The position numbers and the translations under genes are program-made. From assembly GCA_963774265.1 (NCBI GenBank), contig CAVZDU010000001.1, forward strand, positions 544,001 to 608,000: DNA of 64,000 nucleotides. Reading direction: 5' to 3'. This stretch comes from an uncultured Chloroflexia bacterium (GTDB taxonomy: Bacteria > Chloroflexota > Anaerolineae > CG2-30-64-16). A model generated the notes under the pieces. It did not search any database. It saw nothing but the letters and a program-made list of their open reading frames with translations, and was not told the DNA's origin. Shown here piece by piece: positions 19,553 to 28,123 of the stretch (positions are counted from its first letter, which is position 1; each line of letters starts with the position of its first letter).

Positions 19553-20554
19553 TTATTTCCGGGTCTTCTGTTCGACTTGCTTCGTCCGCTCGCGTGGCTT
19601 GCCCAGGCCCCCAAAGAACAGGTCGCGAAACGTTGAACCGGCAGTGGGGACTTGCGGCTGCGGCCCTTCGGCGTCCCAGTTTCCGGTCAGGCTTGCAGCA
19701 AGCCAGCTATGCCCCGCGGCCAGGCCTCGATCGACGTCCACCGTGAGATCTGCGGCCTCGCCGGCCAGCAATTGCTCCCGATACGCTGACAACTCCCCAA
19801 TCACCGCATCCAGCCAGTGCACCACATGCTCGCGATTTGCCAGTGGGCCCGCGAGTGCGGCTTTCCCCGATTCCGCCAATATGAGCGTGCTCGCATAGTA
19901 CTGATTACCGGCGAGCTTTCGCATATCCTTCCACCCGGCGCTGCGCGAGGTGACCGACATGAGCGCAGTGGCGAGGAGCGAAGGCAGATGCTCCACAGCG
20001 GCAGCCAGGCCGTCGTGCTCCTGTGCGTCCATGAAGAAGGGCTTGGCGCCCATCGCTTCAACGACATCCGCAGCCAGGCGAACTGCGGAGCCGTCGGTGC
20101 GGTTGTCGGGCGTCAGGCAGAATAGCTTGTTTTCGAAAAGATCGGGACGCGCACCTTCCACATCCAGGCGATCCGACAGGACGATGGGATGGCCGCCGAC
20201 GAAATGGACTTCAGGGGGCAACAATTCGGCGGCCCATTGCATCACCGGCTCTTTTACGTCTGCGGTGTCGATAATGACACAACCTGGTCGCAGGTCTTGC
20301 TTGATTGCATCCAGCGTGTCCCGAATTTCCTCAAGCGGCAATGCCAGGATGACCCGATCCGCGTTCATCACAGTGCTGATCAGATTCCACTCGGTGCGGT
20401 CTACGGCGCCGAGCTTCTTGGCCGTGCTCGCCACCTCAGGTCTGCGGTCATGGCCGACCACGGTCACCTTTTCCTGGAACTTATGCAGCGCCAATCCGGC
20501 GGATGCACCGACAAGGCCGAGGCCCACAATTGCGACTTGTAGTTTGTCAGGCAT
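19553..20554 (-). CDS. tyrA: Prephenate/arogenate dehydrogenase family protein
   Basis: GLGLVG Rossmann motif, DTADVK, FVGGHP and EHDGLAAAVEHLP. Confidence 0.8.
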   Translation of the reverse strand: MPDKLQVAIVGLGLVGASAGLALHKFQEKVTVVGHDRRPEVASTAKKLGAVDRTEWNLISTVMNADRVILALPLEEIRDTLDAIKQDLRPGCVIIDTADVKEPVMQWAAELLPPEVHFVGGHPIVLSDRLDVEGARPDLFENKLFCLTPDNRTDGSAVRLAADVVEAMGAKPFFMDAQEHDGLAAAVEHLPSLLATALMSVTSRSAGWKDMRKLAGNQYYASTLILAESGKAALAGPLANREHVVHWLDAVIGELSAYREQLLAGEAADLTVDVDRGLAAGHSWLAASLTGNWDAEGPQPQVPTAGSTFRDLFFGGLGKPRERTKQVEQKTRK

Positions 20555-20566
20555 GGTGTGCTCTTT

Positions 20567-21127
20567 CTAATTATCGTCATCTGCGGCCTGTAAGGCTGCC
20601 AGGAGAGTCTGGGCCGGGGTGTGCGATGGGGAGGTTGCCAGGACTTCTTGGTGCCGGCGGATAAGGTCGACGGCTTGCGGTGAACAACCGGCTGCTGCGG
20701 CAAGCGCGGCGCTGCCGGCGGGATGGTTGGCATGAGCCCAGAGTGGATAACGCAGATCTGTGCGCAGTGGCTCGGCCAGAACCTTTAGATGTTGCCACGT
20801 GCGGCGTGCAAATGCCTTAATCAGGACGACGACTACACGATGGAATAGCGTCACTCCTCCTCGGTATTTGGCCGCATCGTGAAGGAGGGCTGCTTGTGCC
20901 AGTTCAGGCTGTTCATACCCCGCCGACTTGAGTGAGCGCCACACGTTCAGCGCATGTTTCTGCTCGGCACGTGGCATTTTTGCAAAAAGCTGCCAACCCG
21001 CTTGGGGCAGCAAGCGCCGTGCCTGCTCAAGCTCCTCCTGATTGGGTCCGCGCCAGGCTGCCAGGAGCGCTCGGCCGAACTGCTGAACGCGATACGCCGC
21101 GCGGCGCGACAGAGCGGCACTCATCAA
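20567..21127 (-). CDS. HD-domain protein
   Basis: HA...AALLHDAAK...HP..SA...IRRHQ...LQAADDDN. Confidence 0.8.
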   Translation of the reverse strand: MMSAALSRRAAYRVQQFGRALLAAWRGPNQEELEQARRLLPQAGWQLFAKMPRAEQKHALNVWRSLKSAGYEQPELAQAALLHDAAKYRGGVTLFHRVVVVLIKAFARRTWQHLKVLAEPLRTDLRYPLWAHANHPAGSAALAAAAGCSPQAVDLIRRHQEVLATSPSHTPAQTLLAALQAADDDN

Positions 21128-21754
21128 ATGCCCAGCAGAAATCTGGACACGTTGGTGACCCCTTGTCCCAGGTAGCGGCCGAGAATATTAAGCTGCGGCG
21201 ACACCCAACTCAACAGAAACAAGCCCATCAAGATGAGGGGACCATATGCCTGCAACGGCCGCAGCACGCGCGCGGCGCTCTCTCCAACGATCCCGCTCAA
21301 TACACTATTCCCGTCCAACGGAGCGAGCGGAATGAGGTTGAAGAGAAACGAGCGCGACGTTCACGCCGACAAAAATGATTGCGAAACGGGCTACTTCCGG
21401 CGAAGCGCCCTCGAACACGCCCAGCCGCCAGGGAATGGCGATTAGCGCGGCCATGAGCAGGTTGCTGAGCGGACCTGCCGCCGAGACAATTGCATGGCCG
21501 ACCCGCGGCCCATAGCGCAGATGGTAGGGATTGACGGGCACGGGCTTCGCCCAACCGATGACACTGACCAGCAGCAGCAACGAGCCAAGGGGGTCGAGAT
21601 GTTTGAGCGGGTTAAGCGTCAACCGGCCCTGATTCTTCGCGGTGTTGTCACCAAGTCGATACGCCACCCAGGCATGCGCCAGCTCATGAATAGGAAACCC
21701 CACCAGCAGAATCACAATCTTCGCCAGGAGGGTCGGGAGATCGAGATCGTACAA
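21124..21754 (-). CDS. Site-2 (M50) membrane metalloprotease (apparent frameshift near 21350)
   Basis: HELAH, GRLTLNPLKHLDP, GWAKPVP and AGPLSN. The shifted frame gives FNLIPLAPLDG. Confidence 0.87.
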
Positions 21755-21879
21755 AGGAAACTCCAGCTATCTTTCTTGCAGCCAGTATAGCACACCGCAC
21801 GTCCGTTCCCAAGGCATCTCTCTTCCGTTTTATCGCGTTTATCGCGCTCGCAATGCCTGTGCTATTATGCCGGTCTCAC

Positions 21880-24165
21880 ATGGCGCGCGACATCCTCGAT
21901 CTTGCAACGGCTGCGTGGCAGATGGGTCAGGTCCGCCGCCAGCCATTCACACCTCAGCCCATCGACGACCGTTCAGCGGTTGCCGGGTGGCTGCCCGCAC
22001 GCGTCCCAGGCGATGTTCGCGCTGATCTCCTGGCGGCTGGCCGCGTTTCCTCCCTGGATACACCGGGCGGCATCGAGCAGAGTGCATGGGTCGACGACCA
22101 CGATTGGTGGTATCGCACCGGGCTGGAAGCGGTCGATGGCAACACGTCGGTTGTTTTGGAGGCAGACGGCGTCGACTATTACAGCAGCGTCTGGCTCGAC
22201 GGCTACTGCCTTGCGCGGCACGCCGGCATGTTTGCCCGGCAATCGATCGTCCTCTCGCCATATCTCAACGCAGCCGGCCCACACGAGCTGGCGATTCGTG
22301 TGTGGGGCGGCGGGGCGCTGCCGCGCCTGCCAAATTCCACGTCGCGTCGCACGATGCGCACTTTGCTGGGCCGGTTAGGTCTGGCGACCGAGTATTTTCC
22401 AGACCGGATGGCGACTCCAAAGGCGCAGTTCAGCTTCGGTTGGGACTTCGCGCCACGCGTCTTGAGCACAGGGATCTGGGATGATATTCGACTGGTGCGC
22501 TGCCGGGGCGCCTATCTGGCGGACGCTTGGGCCTGGGCCGAGCCGCTATCCGGATTTGACGATCCGACGCCGGTGCGATGGCACATTCGTGTCAGGGTGC
22601 AGCGGTTGCATGAGGCCGCCCTGCGGCTGGACCTGATGATCTGTGATGCCGGGGGCGAGGCCGTTGAGGTGTCGGCCGGCCCCTATGCCCTGGCCGATGA
22701 GGTGGAGCAGTCGTTCACCGTTGATGCGCCGGCCGCGCGGCGCTGGTGGCCCTGGGATCAGGGCCATCCTCATCTTTACCGGGTTATCGTTCGCATCAGC
22801 GACGAGTCCGGCCCGGTTGATGAGATTGGGGTCACGGCTGGTGTTCGTACTGTGGAGCGCGGCCGGCTGGCGAACGGCCAGCCGTGGCGTTTCATCCTCA
22901 ATGGTCGTCCCATGTTTCTGCGCGGCGCCAACTGGGTTCCCACAGACATCTTGCCCGGCCGAGCCGGCCCGCACGACTACGCGCGTATGATCGGCCTCGC
23001 AAGGGATGCGGGCGTCAACTTCCTGCGCATCTGGGGCGGCGGCATCCGTGAGAAGGCCGCGTTCTGGGAACAATGTGACCGCCAGGGCATCATGGCCATG
23101 CAGGAGTTCCCCCTCGCCTGTTCGTTTCTTGATCACTATGGACGTGACGCCCAATACCTGGAGGTGCTCGCGTCCGAAGCTCAGGGGATCGTGCGCGCGC
23201 TGCGCGGGCGCCCTGCCTTGATCGCCTGGTGTGGTGGCAATGAAATCAGTCCGCAACGCGAACGGGTCCCGCTGCGTATTATTGAGCAGGTGCTTGTGGC
23301 TGAGGATGGCACGCGGCCGTGGATTCCTGCCTCTCCCTCCCAGGGCGACGTGCATCAGTGGGATGTCTGGCATGGCTTGGCGCCGTGGCAATCGCTTGAC
23401 CAGGTCAGGGCGCCGTTCATGAGCGAGTTTGGCCTGCAGGCGTTGCCGGATGTCAGCACCATTGCGACCTTCTTCGGCGCCGCCGCGCCACAGTCGCTGG
23501 ACGATGTGCGTTGGGTCGAGCGCAAGCTCCAGGCCGGCAAGATCCGCCATTACAGCGGGCCGATGGATGAGGCCGATTTGGTGGCCACAATTGGGGCCAC
23601 GCAACGTGCCCAGGCAGCAGGGCTGCAAAGGGGGATAGAGGCGTGTCGTCTGAGAAGGGAAGGCTCAGGGCACGCACATCCGTGCGGCGGTGTCGCGTTT
23701 TGGCAGTTCAATGAGCCGTGGCCGGCGGTGACGTGGGCGGTGGTTGATCGATGCGGGCAGCCCAAGGCTGCATATGCGATGCTGTGTCGCTCCTACCAGC
23801 CGCTGCTGATTGCCGCCAGGTTCGAGTGGCGCAACTGGCGCTCCGGAGACACATTCAACGCGAAGATCTGGTGGGTCAATGATGGGCCGGATCACTTTAC
23901 GGGGTGTGCTGTGAAGGCGGTCCTGGATGAAGAGTTGGTCTTGTCTGCGGACGGTCTGGTGATCCAGCCCGCTTCTGCGCAACGAGCCGGCGCTTTTGCC
24001 GTCACCCTGGCCGCTCGACCGTCGCAGCTGGAATTGACCTTGCTCTGCGACACTCGTGTCATCGCCGTTAACAGCTACGATCTCCGTGCCTATTTGCCGC
24101 CCAGGCAGCCCACGCGAGTATGGTTCATGCGTCGGGCCGCAGACCTGATGTTGCGAATCGGTTGA
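21880..24165 (+). CDS. GH2 beta-mannosidase-like glycoside hydrolase
   Basis: AQFSFGWDFAP, RGANWVP, LRIWGGG, WCGGNE, FMSEFG and WQFNEPWP. Confidence 0.9.
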   Translation: MARDILDLATAAWQMGQVRRQPFTPQPIDDRSAVAGWLPARVPGDVRADLLAAGRVSSLDTPGGIEQSAWVDDHDWWYRTGLEAVDGNTSVVLEADGVDYYSSVWLDGYCLARHAGMFARQSIVLSPYLNAAGPHELAIRVWGGGALPRLPNSTSRRTMRTLLGRLGLATEYFPDRMATPKAQFSFGWDFAPRVLSTGIWDDIRLVRCRGAYLADAWAWAEPLSGFDDPTPVRWHIRVRVQRLHEAALRLDLMICDAGGEAVEVSAGPYALADEVEQSFTVDAPAARRWWPWDQGHPHLYRVIVRISDESGPVDEIGVTAGVRTVERGRLANGQPWRFILNGRPMFLRGANWVPTDILPGRAGPHDYARMIGLARDAGVNFLRIWGGGIREKAAFWEQCDRQGIMAMQEFPLACSFLDHYGRDAQYLEVLASEAQGIVRALRGRPALIAWCGGNEISPQRERVPLRIIEQVLVAEDGTRPWIPASPSQGDVHQWDVWHGLAPWQSLDQVRAPFMSEFGLQALPDVSTIATFFGAAAPQSLDDVRWVERKLQAGKIRHYSGPMDEADLVATIGATQRAQAAGLQRGIEACRLRREGSGHAHPCGGVAFWQFNEPWPAVTWAVVDRCGQPKAAYAMLCRSYQPLLIAARFEWRNWRSGDTFNAKIWWVNDGPDHFTGCAVKAVLDEELVLSADGLVIQPASAQRAGAFAVTLAARPSQLELTLLCDTRVIAVNSYDLRAYLPPRQPTRVWFMRRAADLMLRIG

Positions 24166-24204
24166 CATATCGTTCTCGATCGACTATTCTCTCCGAGAAA
24201 TCGT

Positions 24205-25162
24205 ATGCGAATTGTCGTCAATGGTTGGTTTTGGAATCAAATGGCTACGGGAAGCGGGCAGTATCTGACCGCGCTCACAGAGACGTTGCCAGCGCGCCGG
24301 GCGCTCGCATGAGTTCATCCTGGTTTGCTCCCAAACTAACAAGGGCGCAGAGCGATTGCCGGAGGGTTGGCAGGTGGCGCATCTGGCGACGCCGTTCGAC
24401 CGGATAGGCAAGAATCTGGCAAAGCTCTGGTTCGAGCAGGTGACGTTTCCGCGAACATGTGTTCGTAGCGGGGCAGATGTGGCGTTCGTGCCCTATTGGG
24501 GTTCGCCCTGGTGGCGACCGTGCCCGGTTGTCGTGACGGTGCATGACTTGATTCCTTTGTTGCTCCCCCTCTATCAGGGTGGGGCTGCCCAGCGGGCCTA
24601 TACGCAGTTGGTGTCCCGAACCGCGCGGCGCGCATCGGCCGTGCTGACCGACTCCGAGGCGAGTCGTCAGGACATCATTCGTCATTTGCGCATTCCCGCA
24701 GAGCAAGTTCATGCGGTGCACCTGGCGGTAGCGCCGTCCAGCACCGGCCCGCTCACGCCCGAGCATCTCGCGGCCGTACGAGTTCGGTATGGCCTGCCTG
24801 AAGGCCCCATTCTGTTATACTTAGGCGGCTTTGACGTGCGCAAGAATCTTTTGCGGACGCTTGAAGGCTACGGCCGTCTTGCTGCCAGGTGCGCAGCCGA
24901 AGGAACGACCTTTCCCACGCTCGTGATCGCGGGTAAGTTGCCGGCGGTCGATTCGGCCATTGCGCCGGATCCCAGGCCGATGGTTGAACGGTTTGGCTTG
25001 GCGAACCGTGTCCATTTTGCAGGTTGGGTGGAGGAAGCGGACAAGCCTGCCCTGTACGCCCTTGCAGAAGGGTTCCTGTTTCTCAGCGAGTATGAGGGGT
25101 TTGGCCTGCCGGTGCTCGAAGCCATGGCGGGCGACTCCACGATCACGAAAGCGCTGGAGTAA
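24205..25162 (+). pseudogene. GT4 glycosyltransferase, frameshifted near 24295 and C-terminally truncated
   Basis: MRIVVNG...GSGQY, VTVHDLIP, RKNL and SEYEGFGLPVLEAMA, then an abrupt GDSTITKALE* lacking the usual C-terminal GT4 segment. Confidence 0.7.
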
Positions 25163-25165
25163 CTC

Positions 25166-26554
25166 GTGCCTGATAATGCAAAATTGTCCCGCGCCGCACA
25201 CAACATCCTGGTCCATTCTTTTGGCCTGAGGCGAGACCAGAACTTGTTAATTTTCGCTGACATCACATCGCTGGATGTGATTGAGGTTGTGGCGCGGGTC
25301 GCGCGCGATCTCCACGTCACTACGACTGCTCTATTCGTGCCGCGGGTGCTGCAGCTCGATATGGGTCCGTTTGAGAGCCTGCCCCTGCCTACGGAGGCGG
25401 CGGTGCGTGAAGCGGATGCGATCCTGAGCTGTTTGTCCGATCATCCTGAGCACTTGCACTACCGGATGCGCGTGCTTCACGCCAGTTGGGGTCGTCGGGC
25501 GAAGCTGGCTCATGCCCCAGGCATGAGCGTCGAGATGCTCAGAACGCTGGACACTGACTACGCTGCTATCAGCGAGCAAGCCCAAATCCTCAGCCTTGCC
25601 CTTATCCTGGGCAAGCGCGTCGAAATCGTGACTACCGACAGCAGCCGTCGCGAGCACCGGCTCAGTGTGCGGGTGGGCGGTTGGGCTTATCCGCCGGGGA
25701 TCAATGACGGAATGATCCGTGAAGGCTCGTGGAGCACGCTTCCGCCAGGGGAAGTCAATTTCGTGCCCCGTGATGGGGATGGCCGCATCGTGGTCAACGG
25801 CTCAGTTCCTGGCAAGGTGCTCGGGCCGGGTGAGGAGCTATTGCTGACGTTTCGCGAGGGTCGGGTGGTGACGATCGAGCCGGAGGATAGCCCGGTCGCG
25901 CGTTACTTATACGAGTCGCAATTCATCTATGCAGAGCGTCGGGGCGACACAAACTGGTCGAACCTGGCTGAGGTTGGCTTCGGTCTGAATCCGGCGGTGC
26001 AAGACTTGACGGGGTTGGGCGTGGTGGATGAGAAAAAGGCCCACACGATCCACATCGCGCTCGGTAACAGCGCCGGCCTCGGCGGCGATGTCGAGTCGGT
26101 GATTCATTGCGACATGGTCGTCAAGAAGCCTACGGTTTATGTCAACGGCCGGCTGATCATGAAACGCGGCGACTGGCGGATCAATGAAGGCGACTGGCGG
26201 CTTGACCATCGCAGCGTCACTGTGCCGGTCGGGTGGTGGGAGAGCGTGAGTCAGGTGGGGCGTAGCGCTGCACGTACTGAGCGTGAGGGAGGCCGGTTGA
26301 CGTGTGTGTGGAACGCGGGCCGCGGCCGTTGGGACAGTGCACCGATCGGAGTGGAGCAAACGGCGCGTCTCGCGGCTCGCCTTTATGACCTGCTGCCTGA
26401 GAATGGCAGTCCTGTTAGTAGAGACCATATGATTTCCATCGCTGAGCAGGCGGGCATCCCTGCGATGGTGCTGCCGCGCCTGTGTTGGGTAATGGCTCAG
26501 TTCGATCTGGTTCGCATGGCGACTGCCCGCGAGCCATCGCTGCTGGCAACATAA
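25166..26554 (+). CDS. M29/aminopeptidase T-like metallopeptidase with C-terminal extension
   Basis: LPPGEV, AEVGFGLN, DEKK..TIHIALG and S.IHCD metal-ligand motifs, plus an extra C-terminal region of ~120 aa. Confidence 0.75.
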   Translation: MPDNAKLSRAAHNILVHSFGLRRDQNLLIFADITSLDVIEVVARVARDLHVTTTALFVPRVLQLDMGPFESLPLPTEAAVREADAILSCLSDHPEHLHYRMRVLHASWGRRAKLAHAPGMSVEMLRTLDTDYAAISEQAQILSLALILGKRVEIVTTDSSRREHRLSVRVGGWAYPPGINDGMIREGSWSTLPPGEVNFVPRDGDGRIVVNGSVPGKVLGPGEELLLTFREGRVVTIEPEDSPVARYLYESQFIYAERRGDTNWSNLAEVGFGLNPAVQDLTGLGVVDEKKAHTIHIALGNSAGLGGDVESVIHCDMVVKKPTVYVNGRLIMKRGDWRINEGDWRLDHRSVTVPVGWWESVSQVGRSAARTEREGGRLTCVWNAGRGRWDSAPIGVEQTARLAARLYDLLPENGSPVSRDHMISIAEQAGIPAMVLPRLCWVMAQFDLVRMATAREPSLLAT

Positions 26555-26581
26555 AAGACCGATGGGATTGAGGGGAGCGCT

Positions 26582-28120
26582 ATGAACGCGGTCAAAACCC
26601 CGTGGCGTCAGGCGATGCCGGAATTCCTGCAGTTGCTCGATGGGACCCTTGGGCACACGGTCCGGCTGCACGAAGAAGTGCTGGGCTATGACCTCTACTT
26701 TGTAGACCTGTCGGATTGGAAGCTGCGCTTCTCCGACCGCACACCCGTGATCTGGGTCAAGGAATCGGACCTGGCGGCGATGCACCGCGCGCGATCTGGC
26801 CCAGAGGCTGACTGACCTGGTGCGTGCACAGTCGCTGGTGGAGCGAAACCCGATTCTCGTGGTGCAGGGACCAGGGGGAGAGCTGAAGCAGCAGCTCAAG
26901 CCTCTTCTCAGCCGCTGTTGGTGCTCGACGAGGGGGACGTAAGTGCCGTGCGCGAGTCGCGACGGCCCTCGGGCGAGTTGCTCGATCGTCTGGCGCCGCA
27001 GCTCGACCTGTCACTGCTGACCCCCTATGAGACCAGCAAGCCGGTTACCGGCTCGCGATTCTTCGGCCGCGAATTCGAGGTGCGCCGGATCCTGCAAACC
27101 GGTGACAGCAACTTCGCGATCATGGGGATTCGGCGCATCGGCAAGACGTCGCTGATGCGCGAGATCGAGCGGCAGCTTAAGGAACAGGCACAAGATGCGG
27201 AAAGCGACGAATCCTTGGAGCGCATCATCTTCATGGATTGCAGCGCGATCTCGTCCCCGAATAGCTTTATCCAGGAGGTCGTGCGCAAGCTGCGGCCGCA
27301 AGAACTGACCCGCCTCTCGTCCAAGCAGTACCCCATTTTCTTCCCTGACTTCTTGGAACGAATGTCGCAGCGCTATGGGGGTCCGATTGTCTTTTTCCTC
27401 GATGAGTTCGACAAGGTGCTCACCTGGCACTATGAGGATGACTCCCTGCTAAATGCGTTGCGCGCTTCCAGCAACCAGGGTTACTCGCGTTACATCGTCG
27501 GCGGTTTTCGCGATGTCATGCGTGCGTTCAGTGATCTGGATTCGCCTCTTTACAACTTTGCCAGGCCGATCCGGCTCAAGGAATTCAGCCGTGAGCAGGC
27601 TGCAGCGATGATCCTCGGTCCCCTGGAGAGGCTGGGGGTGCAATTCGAGCGCCGGAACGATGTGGTCAATCGCATTTTCGACGAGACTGCGGGCCAACCG
27701 AACCTTATCCAGTTCTACTGCAGCATCCTGGTCGAACGGCTGGACCGTGAGGCCAGCCGGTCCGTCTCGCCCGAGAGCCTGTTCGACGTGTACGGCAATG
27801 ATGATTTCCGTGCATTTGTGCTAAGCACGTTCATGGATAACACGACGCATCTGGAAAAGGCCATCGTGTTCGCCGTGATGGCGGACCTGGGTGCAGAGCA
27901 TCCTTTCGGCGTCCAGCAGATCGACGGCGCCTTGGAGCGTCGCGGCGTGGAGATCCCGCTTTCGGATCTGGATTTGGCTTGCCGTAACCTGGAGCTGGCA
28001 GGTACGTTTACTTCGCGCGGTCCATTGTTCCGTTTCGCCACGCCTGTCTTCCCGAGAATGCTGAGCGAGAATTACGACGTGGACTACCTGTTCCGCAAAG
28101 TGTTACAGGAAGGCATCTAG
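26582..28120 (+). CDS. STAND-class P-loop ATPase (two apparent frameshifts near 26790 and 26908)
   Basis: TPYETSKPVTGSRFFGRE, Walker A GIRRIGKTS, Walker B FFLDEFD and GxP motif ETAGQPNLIQ. Confidence 0.8.
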
Positions 28121-28123
28121 CTC

